58,160 bases of DNA from the NCBI RefSeq assembly GCF_001194135.2, contig NC_068984.1, positions 51,920,190-51,978,349 of the forward strand, given 5' to 3'. The stretch comes from Octopus bimaculoides. Taxonomy: Eukaryota. Positions within the stretch are counted from its first letter, which is position 1, and each line of letters begins with the position of its first letter. The position numbers were made by a program, and so were the translations under genes. Below the pieces are notes generated by a model. It saw only the letters and a list, made by a program, of their open reading frames with translations, was not told the DNA's origin and did no database searches. Of this stretch, positions 54,031 to 58,160 are shown one piece after another.

Positions 54031-54722
54031 GTCTTTGGTCAGTAAATGTTATTTCCTATTTGCTTCTATCTAGAAATCAAAGGAAATGATTACTATTCCC
54101 TTCAAACTTCTCTTTTGTGACCTGAACGTCAATGTTTTGAAACTGACCTATTTTCCATTACATTTCAGACAGATCCAGCACCATGTTGCTGAGGTAGAAA
54201 TATTGTTACAGCATATATTCTGCTTCATACCACAGATTTGCTTGTCATTTGCTTGGCTGTGGCCAGTTGAGCATGTCCCTTAGTGGCTGACAATATATGC
54301 ATCTCTGATCATGAACAGGGGTTGCAGGAGCATCTTAGCCATGTGTTGAGAAGAATTCTTTGGGGTTTGAATAAATATCATAAAAGCAAAGTTTGAAGGG
54401 AATATTAGCCATTTTTCATAGTTTCTAGGATTAAGCAAATAGGAAATAACAATCCCCTCTCTCCCCAGGGCAAAAATCATTTTACACAGTGTAATCTGTA
54501 TTTGATATGTTTTTAGTAATGCTCCTGTCAGTCACTTAAAGAAACCAATTATTAATTTGTTTTTTTATTATGTTTTAGGTATCAAATATTGACGATGTCC
54601 TTTTGCACCATGGGGACTTTTTACATAATTGTTTAAAGGAGGGTATGATGACAAATGTTGACCTACTGCGTATAATCCACAAGTTGATGGTAGTCTGTAT
54701 CACATTCTGTAATCGTATTCGA
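1308..54722 (+). CDS. TUBGCP2: Gamma-tubulin complex component 2, multi-exon gene (25 coding exons traced; 5' start exon and 3' terminal exon(s) not found)
   Basis: Manually spliced exons give one open frame of 728 codons. Motifs recognised from GCP2 include [127 protein letters not shown] and [10 protein letters not shown]. Intron phases are consistent throughout. The comparison to vertebrate GCP2 is from memory, not a search. Confidence 0.95.
2663..2754 (+). CDS. TUBGCP2: GCP2 exon: [30 protein letters not shown]
   Basis: ttttgtag acceptor (alternative in-frame acceptor at 2677), gtaaga donor; matches the FLKKYDELK motif. Confidence 0.85.
4348..4405 (+). CDS. TUBGCP2: GCP2 exon: [19 protein letters not shown]
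   Basis: tttctag / gtaaat; phase fits neighbours; aligns to RNLDPLVYLLSKLTEDKE. Confidence 0.85.
5036..5251 (+). mobile_element. SINE family C (about 215 bp); copies at 4047-4260(+), 39448-39660(-) and 53357-53577(-)
   Basis: gagttcaaattcc B-box; ggtcaataaaataagtacc central domain; ttgtgccaaaat..gaaa.caat end. Confidence 0.7.
5500..6330. mobile_element. Two decayed RTE copies tail to tail (+ at about 5500-5880, - at about 5896-6330)
   Basis: [16 protein letters not shown] on plus; RTE tail and ORF-end remnants on minus. Confidence 0.55.
7627..7743 (+). CDS. TUBGCP2: GCP2 exon: [39 protein letters not shown]
   Basis: ttaaag / gtaagt; 39 codons open, phase 0-0. Confidence 0.8.
7885..8096. 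mobile_element. TTAA-flanked (piggyBac-like) MITE; relatives at about 19590-19740, 32445-32650 and 51955-52095
   Basis: cctttagcatt ... aatgctaaagg|TTAA termini. Confidence 0.55.
8164..8248 (+). CDS. TUBGCP2: GCP2 exon: [28 protein letters not shown]
   Basis: tttatttag / gtaagt; open frame; donor choice ambiguous (see finding at 8572). Confidence 0.75.
9442..9530 (+). CDS. TUBGCP2: GCP2 exon: [29 protein letters not shown]
   Basis: ctctcttttag / gtataa; aligns to the P..PAW..RP.L..DF region. Confidence 0.85.
9675..9891 (+). mobile_element. 217-bp mariner-derived MITE
   Basis: TA on both sides; TIRs ...gtaaagttcatggc / gccaggaacttttcagcac; retains [23 protein letters not shown] (mariner C-terminus). 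Confidence 0.75.
10120..10647 (+). mobile_element. Internally deleted mariner element
   Basis: TA|tgaagtctgatcagaaagta ... tactttttgatcagaccttg|TA; retains a transposase C-terminus (..EFQECFHQ...[13 protein letters not shown]). Confidence 0.8.
10714..11515. mobile_element. Composite of RTE 3' fragments: minus copy, fold-back segment, mariner piece, plus copy
   Basis: (ATC)n tail at the left, (ATG)n tail at the right; complementary outer arms. Confidence 0.75.
11067..11375 (+). mobile_element. 5' fragment of a related mariner element
   Basis: TIR caaggtttgatcaataagta; same leader as the 10120 copy; decayed N-terminal HTH ([20 protein letters not shown]). Confidence 0.7.
11921..12798. other. 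Assembly gap (N run); others at 24788-24890, 26547-26556, 27520-27865 and 50361-50931
   Basis: Seen directly. Confidence 0.99.
12993..13070 (+). CDS. TUBGCP2: GCP2 exon: [26 protein letters not shown]
   Basis: cccatag / gtatgt; start of the GRIP1 region (GTL...QE....DLL). Confidence 0.92.
14119..14200 (+). CDS. TUBGCP2: GCP2 exon: [27 protein letters not shown]
   Basis: acttttag / gtgagt; GVDGRY-like motif. Confidence 0.92.
15082..15159 (+). CDS. TUBGCP2: GCP2 exon: [26 protein letters not shown]
   Basis: ttatag / gtaaag; conserved RILP...Y..V.RFIE. Confidence 0.93.
15215..15535 (+). mobile_element. tRNA-derived SINE family D with a 12-bp target-site duplication; partial copies at about 18025-18118(-), 31170-31325(-) and 39700-39910(+)
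   Basis: tggctaagtgg A-box, gagttcaattcc B-box, gtgtccttgaacaagacactt domain; TSD actattgtggca at 15203-15214 and 15536-15547. Confidence 0.8.
16221..16288 (+). CDS. TUBGCP2: GCP2 exon: [23 protein letters not shown]
   Basis: tttaaag / gtaagt; highly conserved GCP2 motif. Confidence 0.95.
16374..16845 (-). mobile_element. 5'-truncated RTE LINE, older subfamily
   Basis: [32 protein letters not shown]; same 3' UTR motif and tail. Confidence 0.75.
17008..17800 (-). mobile_element. 5'-truncated RTE-clade LINE (ORF2 C-terminus, long 3' UTR and (GAT)n tail)
   Basis: Minus-strand translation [17 protein letters not shown]...[21 protein letters not shown]...DRDLWKYAV; (ATC)n at the left end; intact CpGs. 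Confidence 0.85.
18650..19040 (+). mobile_element. RTE LINE 3' UTR fragment
   Basis: ttaggaagggcatccagctgtagaaactc...cccatgctagc...gttaaacgatgatg. Confidence 0.8.
19314..19358 (+). CDS. TUBGCP2: GCP2 exon (45 nt): [15 protein letters not shown]
   Basis: tatttcag / gtttgt (weak donor); phase 0-0. Confidence 0.88.
19793..20274 (+). mobile_element. 5'-truncated RTE LINE
   Basis: About 97% identical by eye to the reverse complement of 17384-17633; ends aaacgatgatgatg. Confidence 0.85.
20400..20740 (-). mobile_element. Decayed LINE (Jockey/CR1/L2-like) ORF2 C-terminal remnant
   Basis: QKAVQLIG....[17 protein letters not shown] resembles RA.RLIG...L.HRR.V..L..FY.Y. Confidence 0.5.
20808..21207 (+). 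mobile_element. tRNA-derived SINE family A, full length. Other copies: 13360-13762(-), 14496-14888(-), 18275-18548(+), 33069-33179(-), 34315-34712(+), 51330-51630(+), 52135-52745(+), 57505-57650(+)
   Basis: A-box-like tggctgtgtagt, B-box-like gggttcagtcc, gtggcaccttgggcaagtgtctt domain, internal (TA/TG)n, gaaacaagtaaaagag tail. Confidence 0.85.
21354..21606. mobile_element. hAT (Charlie-like) MITE
   Basis: cagtggttctc ... gagagtcactg; 8-bp flanks acttagac / ctctagac. Confidence 0.7.
22580..22672 (+). CDS. TUBGCP2: GCP2 exon: [31 protein letters not shown]
   Basis: ttgcag / gtaagt; conserved LQKLWFY. Confidence 0.95.
24543..24604 (+). CDS. TUBGCP2: GCP2 exon: [21 protein letters not shown]
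   Basis: ttgcag / gtatgt; aligns to GECLGGSTLSLLHD. Confidence 0.92.
24891..26155 (+). mobile_element. Tc1-like DNA transposon, DD36E type, near full length, transposase frameshifted
   Basis: TIRs (cag)gggttggacaaaataatggaaacacc / ggtgtgtccattattttgtccaacccctg followed by TA; left end clipped by a gap. Transposase pieces 25068-26103 carry an HTH, DESSF, FQDDN and SPDLNIIE; 36 residues lie between the second D and the E. Confidence 0.93.
28318..28360 (+). CDS. TUBGCP2: GCP2 exon (43 nt): [14 protein letters not shown]
   Basis: ttgtag / gtaagt; aligns to DSQAQELCLYLTKA. Confidence 0.92.
30180..30832 (+). mobile_element. Decayed R4/Dong-clade LINE, restriction-like endonuclease domain
   Basis: WYKYEPE...DFFIETDH...RRLDMIV...[31 protein letters not shown]...VVIG.LGT.PK matches the RLE domain pattern. 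Confidence 0.75.
32195..32266 (+). CDS. TUBGCP2: GCP2 exon: [24 protein letters not shown]
   Basis: catcag / gtatgt; highly conserved. Confidence 0.95.
32912..32961 (+). CDS. TUBGCP2: GCP2 exon: [16 protein letters not shown](D/E), ending at a U12-type AT donor
   Basis: tttctag acceptor; followed by ATATCCTTTT. Confidence 0.85.
33200..33600 (+). mobile_element. Decayed RTE ORF2 C-terminal fragment
   Basis: [16 protein letters not shown]...[10 protein letters not shown] remnants. Confidence 0.55.
33798..33959 (-). mobile_element. Short RTE 3' tail; further tails at about 23230-23510(+), 29985-30142(+), 34950-35180(-), 41075-41270(-) and 45257-45431(-)
   Basis: Shared ccatgctagcatgggttggacgatttgac...ctacagctggatgcccttcctaac sequence. 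Confidence 0.8.
35427..35548 (+). CDS. TUBGCP2: GCP2 exon: (D)[40 protein letters not shown] (5' boundary 35427 or 35436)
   Basis: No usable AG acceptor close to the homology start; AC at 35425-35426 gives the correct phase; gtaagt donor. Confidence 0.85.
35827..36066. mobile_element. hAT MITE, same family as 21354
   Basis: cagtagttctc ... gggaaccactg; flanks ctctatac / atctctac; similar AT-rich interior. Confidence 0.7.
37455..37643 (-). mobile_element. Decayed LINE reverse-transcriptase fragment
   Basis: [12 protein letters not shown]...LQDK...G......IRNFPSD resembles LDISKAFD.V....L..KL...G......I.SFLSDR. Confidence 0.5.
37787..37937 (+). CDS. TUBGCP2: GCP2 exon: [50 protein letters not shown]
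   Basis: tttcag / gtgtgt; highly conserved. Confidence 0.95.
38345..39330 (+). mobile_element. Decayed LINE, APE-endonuclease region
   Basis: [12 protein letters not shown] resembles GDFNAH..W; C-rich strand bias typical of LINE coding DNA. Confidence 0.4.
40284..40375 (+). CDS. TUBGCP2: GCP2 exon: [30 protein letters not shown], ending at a U12-type GT donor
   Basis: ttttag acceptor; followed by GTATCCTA; start of the GRIP2 region. Confidence 0.93.
40376..41735 (+). other. U12-type GT-AG intron
   Basis: 5' end GTATCCTA; branch box TTCCTTGAC at 41717-41725, with the branch A 11 nt from the end of the AG; little polypyrimidine tract between them. Confidence 0.85.
41736..41823 (+). CDS. TUBGCP2: GCP2 exon: [29 protein letters not shown]
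   Basis: TTCCTTGAC branch box plus tgtag acceptor; gtatgt donor. Confidence 0.95.
42900..42952 (+). CDS. TUBGCP2: GCP2 exon: [17 protein letters not shown]
   Basis: tatttcag / gtaaac; aligns to IDLMPHDLITQLLRVL. Confidence 0.85.
43488..43697. mobile_element. TTAA-flanked (piggyBac-like) MITE, second family
   Basis: TTAA|ctcttttgatacc ... gtaacaaaatgg|TTAA. Confidence 0.5.
43892..43992 (+). CDS. TUBGCP2: GCP2 exon: [34 protein letters not shown]
   Basis: tttctag / gtcagt; conserved. Confidence 0.94.
45853..45923 (+). CDS. TUBGCP2: GCP2 exon: [23 protein letters not shown]
   Basis: tttcag / gtaagt; conserved. Confidence 0.95.
46268..47325 (+). mobile_element. Helentron-associated (DINE-1/HINE-like) non-autonomous element with an internal insert
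   Basis: 5' tacctccgcc in a hairpin with gtggaggt; (gttt)n core; 3' ttggcagagg followed by the hairpin gtgctc-tct-gagtgc. Confidence 0.5.
46890..47060 (+). mobile_element. Gypsy-type integrase C-terminal fragment (GPY/F)
   Basis: [41 protein letters not shown]. Confidence 0.7.
47325..47430 (-). mobile_element. Probable R4/Dong-like 3' tail
   Basis: (TAA)n-tailed end: ctacagcatatacccaaggtacacagagctgcgctcgg...aataataata on minus. Confidence 0.35.
47635..47712. repeat. (ATT)/(ATC) trinucleotide tract just upstream of the 47748 exon
   Basis: Seen directly. Confidence 0.95.
47748..47913 (+). CDS. TUBGCP2: GCP2 exon: [55 protein letters not shown]
   Basis: gtttcag / gtaaat; conserved. Confidence 0.95.
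49999..51329 (-). mobile_element. Second copy of the DD36E Tc1 element, inverted, with an internal gap and a deletion of about 90 bp near the 3' end
   Basis: TA|CAGGGGTTGGACAAAATAATGGAAACACC at 49997-50027; degenerate TIR ending 51329; translation FQDDTAPIH...SPDLNIIE; premature TAG. Confidence 0.92.
52306..52531. mobile_element. pogo/Tigger-like MITE nested in a SINE
   Basis: TA|cagtaattccttgctat ... atagtcaagggattact; subterminal repeats of gttcacctat... Confidence 0.6.
54579..54722 (+). CDS. TUBGCP2: GCP2 exon (last traced): [48 protein letters not shown]
   Basis: gttttag / gtaagt; no stop, so the gene continues beyond the traced region. Confidence 0.94.
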
Positions 54723-55103
54723 GTAAGTTAACCAGTTTTTGTTTCATTTTAAATTTATTACAAAGGTAGTTTTGCAGAATTGGTGGAGTTCCAAACAAAA
54801 TGTCTTCTGTTATTAAGTTGTGTATATTTTTGTTCTGAGACAAAATCGTGAATCCTGTTGTTAACTTTGCTTTTCATCTTTTCAGATGTGATAAAATAAA
54901 TCACAAAGACTGGCCTTTCTCTTCAGCATCAGAAAATGCCTTGCTCTTTCCACCCTCAACAATTATTTTCTACAAACCTCTGGTGAGACCCACAGTGAGG
55001 CATTTCTCTCACATTTGGGATGGTACTTAGCCCACATCGAAAGAAAGGCACTCGATTCATTAAATCAATCACCAATGCACTTCAAACTCTGGCTCACAGA
55101 TAT

Positions 55104-55213
<110 letters not shown>

Positions 55214-57650
55214 CTACTGCTGTAGCATCTCATCTGCTCTTTGGAGTTAGCTGGTCTTATGTGTTCTGCACTCAAGCACTCTTGTCTCATTCATTGCTCC
55301 TCCTCTTGTTCCCATGTATGTCCACCACCAAACTCTTCAAGATTGACTTAAATCACTTTGCCAACAATGTTAGTCATCTGGATTTTTCTCTCTACCCATA
55401 TTTTCCCCTTTACTACCAGCTTGGTTCAAAAGGAACATTGGTGACATCAGTCTTGTCAGTCTCAGGATCTTTGAAGAGCATAGGCATAGCCCCTTTCTCC
55501 AGACTAAATCAATAATTTAAAAAAATATACTGGTTGAATAGTGGAGTTAATCTATGAACTCCCCAATTGTTTGTGACCATATGCTGCTTGTAGAAATCAA
55601 TATTATTGCAAAATATTAATGAAGTAAATCTCTTTTTTACTAAATATTCAAGATTCTCTATTTTATGTAATGTTTAAAATTTCTTTACTTAAACTAAAAG
55701 AAGTTTGTCTAGAATTTTTACTCTTTATTCTAAATTCTTCGTGCTTTTTTTATCTATATGATGCAAGCTTACTAATTAAATGTTTGGTAATTAATTTCAA
55801 GCAGAGACTAATCTTTTTTCCAGTCTTCTTACTAAATTTCTGGAATTTTTTGTCTGCTACAAATCAGTAACATCATTTTTGCATAATTAATTATTCCATT
55901 CATATTACTTCTTCAGCGGGCCCCATAAATTTCTGTGACTCTTTCTTTCTGCGTTCATTGAAAGCAAGTATTTCTACATTCGATACATTTGTTCCTTACA
56001 ACTTTCCAACTTACTTTCATACAAGCAATTTTCCAATACAAAGCACACCTTATACCTCTTCACATTCCAAAAAGCCTGCTTTCTGCTTCAGTATATATTC
56101 TCCATGTTCTGAATTCAAATCTCACAGAGATCAACTTTACCCTTCATCTTCTTGGATAAAAATTCTCACTACAAAGCAGTGGATTGGCAGAACTGTAAGA
56201 GAGCCAGACTGGTTGCCTTGTGTTTATTCTGGTTCTTTGTGTTCTCAATTCAAAGCATAACCTGCTTGATAGATTTAATCCATCTCTTGGTCTGACATCA
56301 CCAGTGTTACATGCATTTAGAGCAGGACTCCAGTTTTACGATACTTTCTTCAATCTTTGAAGGTCCTAAAAGAAGCTGATGGGCATTGCCTTCCCTCTTG
56401 ACTAGACGATAAAATAAATGTTTCAACTCGGTAAACTAGTTGTATTTTCTATAGAACTTTTTTGCTTCCTCTTATTTTCCAACACATAGCTCGTCTACAT
56501 TAGTTTTCCCTGTTGCACTATTCCACCTCCATATTGCCTGGTGACAGGCTGATCTCAGCACACCAGTAAATGAATTAATGGCTCAAGCCAAGCAGGGAGC
56601 TTCAACCTGCGAGAAATAAAAAGTAAATCTCTTTGAAATCATATTCTGTGCTCTTTAAAAAAGAAAATAGAAAGGTGAATGCATTAATACATTATGTCTA
56701 AAAAAGTAAGTGGGATAGTCATGGCTGGAAAGGATGGGCAGCCTTTGATTATAAGGCTGTCTTTCTCAAGGCCAACCTGGAGTGAAATCACAACTAATTA
56801 GTGGATTGAAGGGAAATGATTCTGCTACACACACAAACATCTTAGGCTGCATCTTCCAAAAAGCCATCCAATTGATTGGAATGGAGGTCACTCACCTACT
56901 CAACTTTGACCCCACAGATGTGCTGTCTTTTTACTCTGTCAGTTTTAGAATGTCCTCTTTTCCCTGACATTAGCTTTTTGCTTACCATCTCTACTCAACC
57001 CCCACCCATCGCACTCATTTTATCTTGTAGCCATCCAGATTGTGTTCCATCATTCCAGGCCTCACAACTAACTAACTACTTTTCCTAATTCCACATCATC
57101 ATCAATTCATTAAAATTTCTCTCCCTATCTGTGTTTTTCCTGTTGTTGTCAGCTTGTTTTTATTTGAGATGAACACCACCCCAAATTAATTTCACCAGCC
57201 CTTAAAGGCCTGCAGAGATCCTGGCTTCACAATTTTCTTCCTGAGCTGAACCATTGGAAACAATTTTCTATATCTCTTTATCTGAATATGTGTTTAGTTA
57301 TTTCATATCAGAGTTTGTCTGCTTTGACTTTTTCATACATCTGCTACAACAGTTCTAAACTGTTGTGACTTTATATGGTGCACTGGAGTTCACATATAAA
57401 ATTTAACATTGCAATTTGCATAATAAACTAAACAATACAGTGTTTTACCATTAAAAAATTAGAAAAAAAATATACCTTTACATTGTTTTATTAATCATAG
57501 GCACATACGTGACTGTGTGATAAGAAGTTTACTTCCCAACCATATGGCCCCAGGTTCAGTCATACTGTGTGGAACTTTGGACACGTGCCATGGGCCGCTT
57601 AAAGCCTTGTGAGTGGAAACTGAAAGAGGCCCATCATGTATATATATATA

Positions 57651-57867
57651 TGAGGGGGTGCTGAAAAGTTCCTGGCTTCAAGGCTATTGCAAAAGGCCTG
57701 GCTGGAAGCCCAACCTTCTGGGTTCTTTTACAGAACTTAGAAAAACTGATGGACTGCTGCAATAAGTGTGTGACTGTGAGAGGGGAATATGTTGAATAAA
57801 ATAATAATTAAACGATCCTCTTGTATTTTCTTTTACCCAGGGCCAGGAACTTTTCGGCATCTGTTCG
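57651..57867 (+). mobile_element. Second 217-bp mariner-derived MITE, nested in a SINE microsatellite
   Basis: tgagggggtgctgaaaagttcctggc ... gccaggaacttttcggc; same length and internal sequence as 9675-9891. Confidence 0.78.
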
Positions 57868-57876
57868 TGTGTGGGT

Positions 57877-57917
<41 letters not shown>

Positions 57918-58160
57918 AGAAATGAGGGCAGGGAATCGTCAATTAATAATAGAATTAACAATTAACAATTTTGCCAAGTAGTTCAGTATGAAATAAACCT
58001 TTATCGGTAAGACCATTTATCATCATAAATATAAGGGATTAGCAATTGAGTTGCTTCTCCAACATACTGAAAATTCAGAAACAGCAGTCAAAGAACTACT
58101 GATTCTAAACTACAAATTTTTCTCTAAAATGGATGGCGATACCTATGGCACACATAGAAC

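Noticed and set aside
56290-56630. Strong minus-strand acceptor (tttactttttatttctcgcag) followed by LKLPAWLEPLIHLLVC*
   Set aside because: The frame has several stops and shifts, I recognise no homology, and no partner exon is evident; consistent with chance or a decayed repeat.

Overview
Eukaryotic, AT-rich (intron-rich animal) genomic DNA with five assembly gaps. The repeat families and gene structure suggest an octopus/coleoid cephalopod; this is an inference, not a database match. The window is dominated by one plus-strand gene, gamma-tubulin complex component 2 (TUBGCP2/GCP2). I traced 25 coding exons by hand from 1308 to 54722 (2185 nt, 728 codons). They join in one frame and match the GCP2 protein from near its N-terminus to the end of the GRIP2 region. 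The start-codon exon and the last exon(s) were not found. Two introns have minor-spliceosome (U12) signatures: an AT-AC type at 32962-35426 and a GT-AG type at 40376-41735. The introns are packed with transposable elements: two inverted copies of a DD36E Tc1 element, many 5'-truncated RTE LINEs, several tRNA-type SINE families, mariner/hAT/piggyBac/pogo MITEs, an R4/Dong LINE remnant, a Helentron-like non-autonomous element enclosing a Gypsy integrase fragment, and microsatellites. Most ORFs in the supplied track are microsatellite, gap or repeat artefacts. I found no clearly new biological system. The best leads are the two minor introns, the DD36E Tc1 in a probable mollusc, and several intronic inverted repeats that would form long dsRNA in the pre-mRNA.
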